Shown in pieces: positions 36,562 through 47,562 of a stretch of 64,000 nt of DNA (position 1 is its first letter; the number at the start of each line of letters is the position of its first letter). The notes beneath the pieces are model-generated. The model saw nothing but the letters and a program-made list of their open reading frames with translations. It was not told the DNA's origin and searched no databases. The stretch lies in assembly GCA_963697975.1 (NCBI GenBank), contig OY969111.1:1665764-1729763 (forward strand). The letters are read 5' to 3'. A program made the position numbers and the translations under genes. The DNA comes from an uncultured Acidobacteriota bacterium. Its GTDB lineage: Bacteria > Acidobacteriota > Blastocatellia > Pyrinomonadales > Pyrinomonadaceae.

Positions 36562-38331
36562 TCACTTTTCGAGGTACATCTTCGCGGCCATCTTGGCTAA
36601 TTTCCACATCTTGCCCCATTCGATGCGGCCATCTGTCTCGCGTCCGAGGAACTTATCAACCAGTAGTTTGCGAAACAGCTTGCCCTCGCGTTTGAGCATG
36701 AATTCTTTGGCATAGGGCTTGGCCGTGTCGAAGAAGCTGAAGTCGGGGTCGGTGACAATGCCGATGCCTTCGAGCGTCATCAGCGCGCGGATGATGTAGG
36801 TGAAGTTGGCTGGCAGGCGAAAAGGATACTCGTACATCACGTCTGCCAAGTCATACGTCAACTCTTTGAAGTTGACCTCGCCCAGTTTGAGATCAAGATA
36901 GTGCTGGAAGAGTCCTTCGACGATGGGGCGTATCTGTTCGGGGTCAACGCCGGGCTTGAGGAAATCCAGATTGATTAAGTCCTGCGCCAGTCCATGCACG
37001 TCGCGGCTGACGACATGGAAGAAGGCGTTAATCATCAGCGATTGCAGGCGCGGCGTGATCTTGCCCGTCATCCCAAAATCGAAGAAGGCCAGCCGCCCGT
37101 TGTCCATCACCAAAAGATTCCCCGGATGCGGGTCGGCGTGAAAGAAGCCGTCTTCGAGAAGCTGCTTGAGGTATGTGCGAACCAGCAGACGATTGACTTT
37201 GACCGGTGAAAAACGCTTGGCGCGCAAGGCTTCGATGTCAACGACCTTCGTGCCGTGAATGAACTCCATCGTGAGGACGCGTGCGGTGGTGTGCGACCAA
37301 TGGATTTTGGGAACGAGAATGGTCTTCCACTTCCTGAAGTTTTCTCGGAAGAGGTCTGCGTTGCGCCCCTCCTGCATGTAGTCCATCTCTTCCGTGATGG
37401 TCTCGGAGAACTCGCGCAACATGCCTTCCCAATCGGCGTTCTCGTTCATCTGCGGAAAGCGGCGCATCAAATCCGTCAGGCGGCGCAAGACCACGATGTC
37501 AAACCCGATAATCTCTGCGAGGCCGGGGCGCTGGACTTTAACAGCGACTTCTTCGCCCGTGTGCAAACGCGCGCGATAAACCTGACCAAGCGATGCGGCG
37601 GCAATCGGTTCAGCGTCAATCTCCGCGTAAGCCTCGCTCACCTTGCGATTAAGCTCCGCTTCGATACGCGCGAAGGCTTCCGCGTTCGGAAACGGCGGCA
37701 CTTGATCTTGCAGCTTAACGAGTTCCTTGACGTAAGAGAGCGGCAAAAGGTCGCCGCGCGTGCCGAGCGATTGCCCGATCTTGATAAAGGTTGGGCCGAG
37801 CTTGATTAAGCTCTCTTTCAACCACACGGCTTGCTTTTCCAGCCGCGCCTCTTTCTTCTCAGACCCCTGCGCGCCGCGAAAGATGAAAAAGCGCAAAGCG
37901 CGTATGAAACGATCAAGGATGCGACGGTCAACGTTGCGTGTCCATTCCTGAAACTGCGCGATACGCCCGCGCTTTTGTGCCTCCTCGCGCTTACGCCGAG
38001 CGAAGCGTTCGTTGAAGGTGGCGCGGATGTCGTAGCTGTCGAGATAGAGATAGAGCGAGAGCAGGCCCAGCACGCGCCCGACCTGAAGGACGCGCCGCCA
38101 GCCGCGCCAGCCGTGCGCGCTGATGGCTTCATTGTCTTTGAGAATGTGCGCGTGCGTCCCCGGAATGATGATTAAAGGCTCTTCTTCCTTGAACCCAGCG
38201 CCGCGCCCACGCGCGATTTCGAGCGCCTTAGCAGGCGTCTTCAGATTGCCGCCAACTTGAGAGACAGCAAAACCGTCATGGTTCTCACCGTCAACGCGCG
38301 AAGCCAACTTGTCCTGTTCCTGTGTAGCCAT
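36562..38331 (-). CDS. ABC1/UbiB-family protein kinase-like protein
   Basis: 589 aa. ABC1 kinase motifs (AAASLGQVYRARL, FHADPHPGN). Confidence 0.8.
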   Translation of the reverse strand: MATQEQDKLASRVDGENHDGFAVSQVGGNLKTPAKALEIARGRGAGFKEEEPLIIIPGTHAHILKDNEAISAHGWRGWRRVLQVGRVLGLLSLYLYLDSYDIRATFNERFARRKREEAQKRGRIAQFQEWTRNVDRRILDRFIRALRFFIFRGAQGSEKKEARLEKQAVWLKESLIKLGPTFIKIGQSLGTRGDLLPLSYVKELVKLQDQVPPFPNAEAFARIEAELNRKVSEAYAEIDAEPIAAASLGQVYRARLHTGEEVAVKVQRPGLAEIIGFDIVVLRRLTDLMRRFPQMNENADWEGMLREFSETITEEMDYMQEGRNADLFRENFRKWKTILVPKIHWSHTTARVLTMEFIHGTKVVDIEALRAKRFSPVKVNRLLVRTYLKQLLEDGFFHADPHPGNLLVMDNGRLAFFDFGMTGKITPRLQSLMINAFFHVVSRDVHGLAQDLINLDFLKPGVDPEQIRPIVEGLFQHYLDLKLGEVNFKELTYDLADVMYEYPFRLPANFTYIIRALMTLEGIGIVTDPDFSFFDTAKPYAKEFMLKREGKLFRKLLVDKFLGRETDGRIEWGKMWKLAKMAAKMYLEK

Positions 38332-38334
38332 AAT

Positions 38335-38405
38335 AGAAGATGGACGATGGGCGATAAACGAAAGACGACGAGCTTTCCGTCGTCCATCGTCTATGGTCTA
38401 TCGTC
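38335..38405. repeat. heptamer-stem hairpin (GACGATG class) with tight inner hairpin GACGACG-agctttc-CGTCGTC
   Basis: Read directly from the sequence. Confidence 0.6.
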
Positions 38406-39363
38406 AAACTATTGCCAGCGTCCGGCGCACTCCGCCCCGCTCAAAATATTTTGAAGCGCGATCACGATCATAAGCGATCTGGCGCTTCAATTCGTCAATG
38501 GAAGCAAACTTTTGCTCGTCGCGCAAGCGATGAAGGAAGCGCACGCGCACCACATCTCCGTAGAGATCGCCCGTCCAGTTCATCACGTAGGTTTCGATTG
38601 AAGCTTCCTCAGCCTTATCACCTTCAAAGGTGGGGCGCGTCCCGATGTTGGTAATGCTGCGTCGCCACGCGCCTTCGATCAGGGTGGCCGTCACGTAAAC
38701 GCCGCCGCGCGGGATGACGCGATTCTGCGGGTGCAGGTTCGCCGTCGGGAAGCCTATCAACCGCCCGCGCTCCGCTCCATGCACGACGCGCCCCTCGACG
38801 CCGTAAGGTCGCCCCAGCATCCGCCTGGCGAGATTCACTCGACCTTCCGCCAGAAGAGCGCGAATCCTGCTTGAACTGATACGCTTCCCGCGCAGGCTCA
38901 CTTCCCTTACTTCATCGGCGCGAAAGCCAAGCTGCTGGCTAACCTTTCTTAAAAGCTCTATGTTGCCTTCGCGGTTGCGACCAAAGGCGAAGCCGCGCCC
39001 CAGATAAACCTCGACTGCGTGCAGCCGGTCGCGCACCACGTCGCGCAGGAAATCCTCTGCTTCGATCTGCGCGAAAGTCTTGGTGAAGCGAACGACGATT
39101 GCCTGCTCCACTCCCAGCACCCCGAAGGCTTCGACTTTCTGATCGAACGTTTGCAACATCGGCGGCGCGGATTCAGGATGCAGCACGGCGCGCGGATGAG
39201 GGTCGAAAGTAATTACTGTCGGCACAACCCCCAACTCGCGCGCCCGCGCGACAACGGTACGCATAATCAACTGGTGGCCGAGATGCAAGCCATCAAACAC
39301 GCCCAGCGTCAGCACCGTAGGCCGCGCGATCTTCGCGTTATCGGTTCCGTGAAAAAGTCTCAT
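38404..39363 (-). CDS. ribF: bifunctional riboflavin kinase / FMN adenylyltransferase
   Basis: GVFDGLHLGHQ nucleotidyltransferase motif. C-terminal riboflavin-kinase domain (GFPTAN). Confidence 0.9.
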   Translation of the reverse strand: MRLFHGTDNAKIARPTVLTLGVFDGLHLGHQLIMRTVVARARELGVVPTVITFDPHPRAVLHPESAPPMLQTFDQKVEAFGVLGVEQAIVVRFTKTFAQIEAEDFLRDVVRDRLHAVEVYLGRGFAFGRNREGNIELLRKVSQQLGFRADEVREVSLRGKRISSSRIRALLAEGRVNLARRMLGRPYGVEGRVVHGAERGRLIGFPTANLHPQNRVIPRGGVYVTATLIEGAWRRSITNIGTRPTFEGDKAEEASIETYVMNWTGDLYGDVVRVRFLHRLRDEQKFASIDELKRQIAYDRDRASKYFERGGVRRTLAIV

Positions 39364-39457
39364 AGAGTGATGGGTGATAGGTGATGGGTGATAGGTGATA
39401 AGAAAGAACGACGTGTTTTCTCTTATTACCTATCACCCATCACCTATCACTTATTAC
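39364..39457. repeat. heptamer-stem hairpin (GGTGATR class) encoding a gene C-terminus
   Basis: GAGTGATGGGTGATAGGTGATGGGTGATAGGTGATAAG ... CTTATTACCTATCACCCATCACCTATCACTTATTAC. Confidence 0.8.
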
Positions 39458-40207
39458 CAGCCCATCGTAAGCGAACTCGACTCCATCCGGCAGCTTCGCG
39501 CTGTCGCGCGCGTGGAGAACGTCGTGCGCGAGGTGCGTCAGGTATGCGCGGCGGGGTTTGATTTCGGAGATGTATTCGAGCGCGCGGTCGAGCCAGAGAT
39601 GCGTCGGGTGCGGCTTGAAGCGCAGGCAGTCGAGCACGAGCACATCCAGATCGCGTAAGCCCTCAATCGTTTTGGCCGGAATCTCGCTCAAGTCCGTTGC
39701 GTAGGCGAAATCGTTGAAGCGATACGCGATGACCGGCAGCCGCCCGTGAATCACTTCGAGCGGCGTCACGATCAAATCCTTTCCGATAGAAAAAGGCGCA
39801 TCCTTTACGACCGTATGGGCGACGACCTGCGGCAACCCGCCGCCGAAAGATGTCGGCTCGAAGACGTACTGGAAGATGCGGCGGATGTCTACCCACGCGC
39901 GCTCGTTCGCGTAGACGCCGAGCGAGCCGTGACGGAAGTTGAGAGGGCGGATGTCGTCGAGACCGAAGATATGATCGGCGTGGCAATGTGTGATGAGAAT
40001 GGCGTCGAGCCAGTTGATCTTTTGGCGGAGCGCCTGCTGGCGGAAATCCGATGAAGTGTCCACCAGCACAGTCTGCCCGCCATGCTCTATCAGCACAGAG
40101 ACACGCAGCCGCTTATCGCGCGAATCAACGGACGAGCACGTCTCACACTCACAGCCGATAGAAGGCACGCCCGTCGATGTCCCTGTGCCGAGGAAAGTCA
40201 GCTTCAT
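39440..40207 (-). CDS. MBL-fold metallo-hydrolase (PhnP/YhfI-like)
   Basis: HCHADH motif. Its last 6 codons plus the stop are encoded in the GGTGATR hairpin arm. Confidence 0.75.
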   Translation of the reverse strand: MKLTFLGTGTSTGVPSIGCECETCSSVDSRDKRLRVSVLIEHGGQTVLVDTSSDFRQQALRQKINWLDAILITHCHADHIFGLDDIRPLNFRHGSLGVYANERAWVDIRRIFQYVFEPTSFGGGLPQVVAHTVVKDAPFSIGKDLIVTPLEVIHGRLPVIAYRFNDFAYATDLSEIPAKTIEGLRDLDVLVLDCLRFKPHPTHLWLDRALEYISEIKPRRAYLTHLAHDVLHARDSAKLPDGVEFAYDGLVISDR

Positions 40208-40210
40208 TTT

Positions 40211-40290
40211 CGTAAATCGTAAATGGTAAATCGTAAATGGTGAAAAGCGTTTTCATCTATTCACGATTTACGATTCACGATTTACGCGCT
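40211..40290. repeat. heptamer-stem hairpin (AATCGTA class)
   Basis: CGTAAATCGTAAATGGTAAATCGTAAATGGTGAA ... TTCATCTATTCACGATTTACGATTCACGATTTACG. Confidence 0.7.
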
Positions 40291-40950
40291 TTATCTTCCG
40301 CCCGTGATGTCGCTGCCGGAGAAGCCGCGCGGGGTGTTGGGCTGGCGCACTCCCGTGAGCGAGACGTATTGCATGCGGAGGTCTGCGAGCAGGCCCTCGA
40401 AGATTTGTTGTTCCTGCGGGCCGAGGTTGCCGCGCGTCTTCTGCTCCAACATGCCGAGCACGTCAATCCAGTGCTTGGCAAGCTCCGGGTCAACGCGGCG
40501 CTCTCCCGTAACGGGATGCTCCATCATGCCGAGCGCGGCGGCGGCGTTTGAAGCAATCGACATCAGGAAGTTGATAAAACTCGCCGGGTCGTCCGCGCCC
40601 GGAATGTCGCTGCCGGGATAGGCGTCTTCGGGAAACTGCTCGAACTCTCCGGCTTCAATTGAACTGGCAGCAGATGATGAATCCACGCGCTCTGTGGCGG
40701 CCTCGCTACTCCGTGTTGCCTGGGCAGGTGAAGTAGTGGCTGCGGGCGTAGGCTGAGCGCTTTCGCGCGTAGTTTCTGCGGCCTGTGATGAAGCAGCAGC
40801 GGCGCGTACATTCGCGGGAGCAGCTTGCGTGGTTTCTCCGGCGGCTGTTTCTGTTTTAGTTTCTTCCTCGCGCTCGATCTCGCGTGGCGTGCCGTCTGGA
40901 TTGAAAAGCCGACGATCCGTGACCTTGAAAACTGGTTGTTCTTCGCTCAT
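40291..40950 (-). CDS. DUF1844-like hypothetical protein
   Basis: Low-complexity Ala/Thr-rich middle. Conserved C-terminal FINFLMSIASNAAAALG ... segment. Start moved to MSEEQ. Confidence 0.45.
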   Translation of the reverse strand: MSEEQPVFKVTDRRLFNPDGTPREIEREEETKTETAAGETTQAAPANVRAAAASSQAAETTRESAQPTPAATTSPAQATRSSEAATERVDSSSAASSIEAGEFEQFPEDAYPGSDIPGADDPASFINFLMSIASNAAAALGMMEHPVTGERRVDPELAKHWIDVLGMLEQKTRGNLGPQEQQIFEGLLADLRMQYVSLTGVRQPNTPRGFSGSDITGGR

Positions 40951-41089
40951 CTTGATTCCCTTGTCCGGCGCAGAGCTTAAACTCAAACTGCGCGCCCATA
41001 TCTTTTCGCAGAGTGTTTGCTTTAATTCAATGATGGTAGCACCTAAATTCGCACGCTCGCAAGAAACGGTCAATTCGGGAATCGCCTCG

Positions 41090-41198
41090 CATCCCCGAAG
41101 GGGATGAACATAATAGCTGGGGGCAAGCGCGTAATGTGTGTTGGCGCGTGTCGCCGGGGGCGATGCCCCCGGCTATTAAATATGATCCTTTCAGGGTC
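41090..41198. repeat. composite REP-like element, second copy
   Basis: CATCCCCGAAGGGGATG ... ATAGCTGGGGGC ... CGCCGGGGGCGATGCCCCCGGCTAT ... GATCCTTTCAGGGTC. Same order of motifs as at 36.4 kb. Confidence 0.7.
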
Positions 41199-41235
41199 AA
41201 AGAAACTGGACTCAACTTGGAACATCAGGCCGCAG

Positions 41236-41263
41236 GCTTTAGACTTCAATCACCGGACTTTGG
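41236..41263. repeat. tandem 4x GGACTTT heptamer directly upstream of mazG start
   Basis: GGACTTTGGACTTTGGACTTTGGACTT. No obvious complementary arm. Confidence 0.6.
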
Positions 41264-41266
41264 ACT

Positions 41267-42115
41267 TTGGACTTTGGACTTAAACCTATGCCCGCTACAT
41301 TTGACGATCTGGTTCAGCTAATGGCGCGCCTTCGCTCGCCTGAAGGATGCCCCTGGGATCGTGAGCAGACTTACGAGACGCTCGCGCCGATGCTGTTGGA
41401 AGAAGCCTACGAAGCATTCGAGGCGGTTGAGGAGGCGCGCGAGGGTCGCCCCCTTGAGTTGCGCGACGAGCTTGGCGACCTGCTCTTTCAAATCGTCTTC
41501 TACGCGCAGGTCGCAGCAGAGCGCGGCGAGTTTACTATCTCTGACGTGACGGAGGCGATTCACTCGAAGATGGTGCGCCGCCACCCGCATGTCTTCGGTG
41601 ACGCCGAAGCGCAGGATGCGGCGGAAGTCCTTCGCAACTGGGAAGCAATCAAAGCAGAAGAGAAACGCGCCGCCGGAAAAGATGATAGTGCCCGAAGAGA
41701 ATCCCTGCTCGACGGAGTTTCATTAAAGACGCCCGCGCTGATGGAAGCGCACCAGCTTTCGACCAAAGCGGCGCGCGTCGGCTTTGACTGGCAACGCATC
41801 GAAGACATCTTCGATAAGCTGCACGAAGAGATAGACGAGTTGCGCGCGGCGATCAGCCGCCATGCCGAGTCCGAAGCGGAAGGCGACAAGGCGCACGTAC
41901 GCGAGGAGTTGGGCGATCTTCTCTTCGCCGTCACCAACATCGCGCGCCATTTGCAGGTCGAGCCGGAAGCGGCTCTGAAATCAACCAACCGCAAATTCCG
42001 CCGCCGCTTTCAATACATCGAAGAAGGTTTGAAGTCGCGCAATCGAACGCTCGATGCCGCCACGCTCGAAGAGATGGAAGAACTCTGGCAGGAAGCGAAA
42101 GGCGGTGAGAGGTAA
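41267..42115 (+). CDS. mazG: nucleoside triphosphate pyrophosphohydrolase MazG
   Basis: Tandem MazG domains ([26 protein letters not shown]). Confidence 0.85.
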   Translation: MDFGLKPMPATFDDLVQLMARLRSPEGCPWDREQTYETLAPMLLEEAYEAFEAVEEAREGRPLELRDELGDLLFQIVFYAQVAAERGEFTISDVTEAIHSKMVRRHPHVFGDAEAQDAAEVLRNWEAIKAEEKRAAGKDDSARRESLLDGVSLKTPALMEAHQLSTKAARVGFDWQRIEDIFDKLHEEIDELRAAISRHAESEAEGDKAHVREELGDLLFAVTNIARHLQVEPEAALKSTNRKFRRRFQYIEEGLKSRNRTLDAATLEEMEELWQEAKGGER

Positions 42116-42178
42116 TGGGTGATAGGTGATAAGAAAGACCGTGTTTTCTCCTATCACCTATCACCCATCACCCATCAC
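42113..42178. repeat. heptamer-stem hairpin (GGTGATR class)
   Basis: GGTAATGGGTGATAGGTGATAAGAAAGACCGTGTTTTCTCCTATCACCTATCACCCATCACCCATCAC. Loop nearly identical to the copy at 39.4 kb. Confidence 0.8.
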
Positions 42179-42621
42179 GGCTTTTTCGGCTTGAGTTCCC
42201 ACAGCACGTTGACGATGACCCAGCGACCGTTGAACTTCGCCATGTGCAGATAGTCTACCCAATCCGAAGCGACGACCTTGACGCTGGCCGCGTTCTCGTA
42301 AACATCCAAAATCGCCACGTCCTTTTGCTGTTTCTCCTTCGGCGTCTCTTTCCCGCCGCCGCGCCTCGTTCCCTGCACCAGAGTCATCGCGCTCATCTGG
42401 CTGAACTGGCTCATCCCCTCTTTGCTCGTGCGGACGATTCTTTTGGCTAACTCAGGATGAAGCGCGCGTTCCATGCGCTCGCTGTTTCCTTCGTACCAGC
42501 CTTCGATGTAGTCGAGCGCCGTTTGCTTGATCGCCGCCGCGTCTGCCGGGGCTTGCGCGTGCGCTTTTGAAACGAATGCTAAGAAGAGGAACATCAGCAC
42601 GAGGCCGAATTTTCTTTGCAT
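42175..42621 (-). CDS. NTF2-like (SnoaL/DUF4440-type) secreted protein
   Basis: Signal peptide with a small NTF2-like fold pattern. Stop codon lies in the hairpin arm. Confidence 0.5.
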   Translation of the reverse strand: MQRKFGLVLMFLFLAFVSKAHAQAPADAAAIKQTALDYIEGWYEGNSERMERALHPELAKRIVRTSKEGMSQFSQMSAMTLVQGTRRGGGKETPKEKQQKDVAILDVYENAASVKVVASDWVDYLHMAKFNGRWVIVNVLWELKPKKP

Positions 42622-42678
42622 GATGCTAGTCCTTTCGATTGAAACTCTCTGCATTGATGATCTGCATTGATGAAATGA

Positions 42679-43656
42679 TTACTTTCCCACCTTCCACAGT
42701 CGCACGGTGCGGTCGTCGCTGACGGAAGCGAGCCAGCGACCATTCGGACTAAAGGCGACGGCGTTGACATCGCGGCTGTGGCCTTCGAGCGTGCGAAGAA
42801 GGCGTCCGCGCGAGACTTCCCAGACCTTGACGGTCGAGTCGAAACTGGCGGATGCCAGCCATTCTCCGCTTGGGCTGAAAGCAACGCCGTGAACTGAATC
42901 CTGATGCCCCGTGAGCGTCTGTTTCTCCACCCCCGCGCCCACGTCCCAGAGTTTGATTGTGCCGTCCCTGCAACCCGAAGCCAGGGTACGCCCGTCGGGG
43001 CTGAAAGCTACGCTGTAAACGCTGTCAGTGTGCCCGCCGAGGACGCGTTGTTGCCGCCCGGTGGCAATCTCCCAAAGGCGGATTGTTTGATCTCTGCCTG
43101 AAGAGGCGAGAAGCCGCCCGTCGGGGCTGAAAGCCAGACCATAAATGCTATCGGTGTGTCCCGCCAGTGTTAAGGCTTCAGACCATCCATGCGTCTCCCA
43201 GACTCTGACGACGCGATCACCGCCAGCCGAAGCAACCAGACGAGCATCGGGGCTGTAAGCCAGCGCCTCGACTTCCGCCGCGTGCTTCAGCAGGTGAAGC
43301 TCTTTGCCCGATTGGACGTTCCACACGCGCACCGATTTATCAAAGCCCGCGCCCACCAGCAATTTTCCGTTTGGGCTGAAAGCGACTTCGGTGAAGTTTT
43401 CTCCGCTGAAGATGCGTTCCTTCCACCGCCGCGAGAGATTCCACAAGACTACCTTTCCACCGTTGTCAGCCGAAGCGAGCAAGCGTGCATCGGCGCTGAA
43501 CGCCACACCCTCTATATCCTTCTCATGGTCACGGACTCGCAGAACTTCCGCCGTCCACAATTGAACAGTGAAGCGCGAGCGATTGTTTCGCTGCCCATCA
43601 ACGACAAGCAGCGACGACAGGAAGAAGAGAAGAATTAAAAATTGACGCCTCACCAT
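42679..43656 (-). CDS. WD40-repeat protein, secreted
   Basis: Signal peptide followed by about 7 WD40 repeats (GH.D.V..VAFSPDG..LAS). Confidence 0.8.
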   Translation of the reverse strand: MVRRQFLILLFFLSSLLVVDGQRNNRSRFTVQLWTAEVLRVRDHEKDIEGVAFSADARLLASADNGGKVVLWNLSRRWKERIFSGENFTEVAFSPNGKLLVGAGFDKSVRVWNVQSGKELHLLKHAAEVEALAYSPDARLVASAGGDRVVRVWETHGWSEALTLAGHTDSIYGLAFSPDGRLLASSGRDQTIRLWEIATGRQQRVLGGHTDSVYSVAFSPDGRTLASGCRDGTIKLWDVGAGVEKQTLTGHQDSVHGVAFSPSGEWLASASFDSTVKVWEVSRGRLLRTLEGHSRDVNAVAFSPNGRWLASVSDDRTVRLWKVGK

Positions 43657-43663
43657 TTTTCCA

Positions 43664-43745
43664 CTCGATTGCGGAATGCGGATTGATAAAGACAAGCGCC
43701 CGCATTCTTCAATCCGCAATCCGAAATCCGAAAATCCGCAATACT
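43664..43745. repeat. heptamer-stem hairpin (AATCCGM class)
   Basis: GATTGCGGAATGCGGATTGA ... TCAATCCGCAATCCGAAATCCGAAAATCCGCAA. Confidence 0.65.
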
Positions 43746-43840
43746 TATAAGGGTCGTTCGGGTTGGCGAAAAGAGATTTGTGGCGAAGCGCAGGTTTTGG
43801 CTGGCAGGATGGTTATGCGGCGGGGCGGATTGCGGCCAAA

Positions 43841-44610
<770 letters not shown>

Positions 44611-44611
<1 letters not shown>

Positions 44612-45741
44612 CAGCCTACTTTCGTGTTCGACCCGTTTTCATCAACGTGACGGCGGAAAGGAATCATGATTGTGACCTTCAATCCACCGCCTTCACGATT
44701 ATGCAACTCGAAACGATGCGACGCGCCGTAGAGTTGTTCGAGCCGCGCCCGCGTGTTCGCCAGACCAATGCCTTTCATCAAGCTCTCAGGGGAGCTTGCG
44801 CCCAGCCCCGCGCCGTCATCGCACACTTCCAATTGCACCATCCCGTTCTCGCGCCGGGCGCGAATCTCTATCAGACCCGGCGCAGCGCGCGGAGCGATTC
44901 CATGACGGATAGCGTTTTCAACCAGAGGCTGAAGGATGAGATTCGGGACACACGCGTCGAAAGCCTTTGGTTCGATCTCCATCCGCACCGTCAGCCGATC
45001 CTGAAAGCGCGTCTGCTCGATCTCAAGATAGCTTTCGAGAAATTCCAGTTCCTCCTTCAAAGTGACTTCGTGCGCTCCCTTGTTCTCAAGGCTCGCGCGT
45101 AGCAAATCGCTCAGGCGCGTCAGCATGCGCCGCGCAGCTTTCGTGTCTTCCGCCATCAGCACGGAGATACTGTTCAGCGTGTTAAAGAGAAAGTGCGGAT
45201 GAAGCTGCATTCGCAGAGCGTCGAGTTGCGCCTGCGCCAGAGTTGTTTCCAACTGCGCAGCACGCAGTTCGCGCTCACGATACTTGCGATAATAATCAAG
45301 GGCGTGGCTGAGGCCGATAATCGCCCAGTAAGTTAAAAGGTCGAAGTGGAAGCTTGCAATGAAGAGGTTACGAAAGGACTCAAAGAAAGATTGTTGGCCG
45401 GAAGGCAGGACAATCAGCGACGCGACGAGAGTATAAGTCCCCAGTTGAACCAACGCGAAAGCGACGCTTGCCGCCAGGTGAACCAGCGTGCTTTTGAGCC
45501 ACTGGCTGCGCTCAAGCGGAAAGCGGCGCGCGAGATAGAGCATGAGCGGCGTCAGTCCGAGCCAGACACACGCGCAAATCATCCACGCGGCCAAAGTCTC
45601 GCCCAACCGCAGGGGTCGTCCTTCGTAAGCGCGGATGATAATGACTTCGCTGGCGAAGAACAGACCGAAGAGCGCCCAGCCCAACGTAATCAAGCCCCAT
45701 TTGACGAGGCGTCGTCGCTTTGCAGCTTCGTCTTTCATCAC
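44611..45741 (-). CDS. LytS/YehU-type sensor histidine kinase
   Basis: Multi-TM N-terminus. His_kinase (PF06580-type) H-box [11 protein letters not shown]. HATPase_c. Confidence 0.8.
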
Positions 45742-45756
45742 GCCCTAGCTTATCCC

Positions 45757-45800
45757 GAAAAAGAAAAGAAACAAAAGGCTCGCCCAGAGAGAGCGAGCCT
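45757..45800 (-). terminator. intrinsic terminator after M48 peptidase gene
   Basis: AGGCTCGC-ccagagaga-GCGAGCCT stem. A-rich tract on plus (T-rich on minus) at 45757-45775. Confidence 0.5.
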
Positions 45801-45847
45801 TCTGCTTCTTTTGCTTCACGGCGCATGGGCCGCGTGCGCCGGTCGTG

Positions 45848-47275
45848 TTAGTCGTTAAGACGAATCGAGCTTAAAGCGTAGCGAAATGCGCTTTGAAAGT
45901 TCGCGAATTGATTTTGCGGCGCAACCCCGATCATGAAGAACAACTGACCGTTGCGCAGCAAGGTCGTATAGACCATGATGGTCTCAGGGCGTCCCGTCGC
46001 CTCGTTGACGTTTGAGAGGGTAATGGCGAGCGCCCTGCGCCCGCTGATAGTGCCCTGCTGATACTGGCTCTGCTGGCGCAAACTGCTATTGCCCTGCGCC
46101 AGAGATTGAAGAAAGTAGTCGGTTGCCTGCCGTAGGTTTCCGCCCTGCGACTGTACGACGCCGACGTTGATGCCGTGCGTGAAGATGGCCTGACCCTGAA
46201 CCTGTCCGTATCCGCCGTCAGGAGCAAACCACACAGAGCTTTGGCTCTCGGTCAACTCGCGCCAGTTATCAGGATAGCTGATTTGGAATAAGTTGCCGCC
46301 ATTGAATGTTCGATAGCGCGACGAAGGATAACCGACCCGTCCTCCGACATTACCTTCCGGGTAATTGCTGCCGCTGCTGCCGCCCTGTGTCGGGTAGCGC
46401 CGATTGTTGCGCGCAATCTCGTCCCTTGACAGAGCGCGTCCCCCACCGCGCAGGCGTGCCTGAATGCTGGCAAACTCGTTCGAGTTGCGAATCGTATTAT
46501 TACTATTGACGCGCAGCATCGCAGCTTCCTGATTGATGCGCTCGTAACGATTGCTCGGATTCGGGTGGTCGCTCAAAAACTCAGGCCCACCGCCTCCGCC
46601 CTGTTGCTGAATGGTGCGGAACATATTCGCCAGATCGCGCGGGTCATATCCGGCGTTCGCCATAATCTGTGCGCCGAGAATGTCTGCTTCCGTCTCATAC
46701 TCGCGGCTGAATTTCAGGAAGTAAGTGCCGACCGCCGCCTGCCCGATTTGCCCGACTGCCGGGCCGCCGATAATTGATCCGGCGATGCCCGCGATACCTG
46801 CGAGCAGCGAATACTTCTGAGCTTTGGTCGCCTGCGCCGTGCCATGCCGGAGCGCGACGTGGCTTAGTTCGTGCGCCATCACACCCGCCATCTCGCCTTC
46901 CGTGCGCGCGGCTTCAATCATGCCGCGATTGATGTACATCGGGCCGCCCGGCAAAGCGAAAGCGTTAATCTCGCGCGCGTTGACGACCTTGAAATAATAT
47001 CTGAATTCAGGATGCTGAAACTCCTGTGGAATGGATTCGACGAGGCGCTGCCCGACCCGCTCAACGTAATCCTGAACTTCACGGTCGTTCATGATGGGCA
47101 ACTGCCGCTCGACTTCGGCTGCTGCCTGCCGACCGACCTGAACATCGTCCGCGACTTTATACTTGTTGCTGTGATAGCTGATTCTCGTCTGTGCGAAAGC
47201 TGGCATCGCAAACAGAGCAAAAACCATCAGGCACACGGCCAATCTTTGTGTGCGGCGATAAATGTTAACTGTCAT
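45848..47275 (-). CDS. M48-family zinc metallopeptidase, secreted
   Basis: HELSHV (HExxH). Signal peptide. AGGAGG RBS before the ATG at 47273-47275. Confidence 0.75.
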   Translation of the reverse strand: MTVNIYRRTQRLAVCLMVFALFAMPAFAQTRISYHSNKYKVADDVQVGRQAAAEVERQLPIMNDREVQDYVERVGQRLVESIPQEFQHPEFRYYFKVVNAREINAFALPGGPMYINRGMIEAARTEGEMAGVMAHELSHVALRHGTAQATKAQKYSLLAGIAGIAGSIIGGPAVGQIGQAAVGTYFLKFSREYETEADILGAQIMANAGYDPRDLANMFRTIQQQGGGGGPEFLSDHPNPSNRYERINQEAAMLRVNSNNTIRNSNEFASIQARLRGGGRALSRDEIARNNRRYPTQGGSSGSNYPEGNVGGRVGYPSSRYRTFNGGNLFQISYPDNWRELTESQSSVWFAPDGGYGQVQGQAIFTHGINVGVVQSQGGNLRQATDYFLQSLAQGNSSLRQQSQYQQGTISGRRALAITLSNVNEATGRPETIMVYTTLLRNGQLFFMIGVAPQNQFANFQSAFRYALSSIRLND

Positions 47276-47343
47276 GTTCTCCCCTCCTTCGATGCGCGTC
47301 TTCTGGTTTAATAGCGACGCGCTCGATCTCCTGTGCAAAGTTG

Positions 47344-47388
47344 AAAAAAGCGGCGCACTCCCGAAATCGAATCGAGGGTGCGCCGCTC
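47344..47388 (-). terminator. intrinsic terminator after DUF885 gene
   Basis: AGCGGCGCAC...GTGCGCCGCT stem. T-run on the minus strand (A6 on plus at 47344-47349). Confidence 0.55.
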
Positions 47389-47562
47389 TTCTTAAAACTT
47401 CAGCATCTCCCCCGACACTTAACCGTTTAACTGCCCATACAATTTACGCGCAGGGGGAGAGAGCGCGTTGTCTCTGCTACACATTTGTTTCGGCCTCGTC
47501 TGAGGTCGCTTTCAGTGCGGCTTCATTTTGATGAAACTTTAGCACAGATGGGTTGGCCTTGT

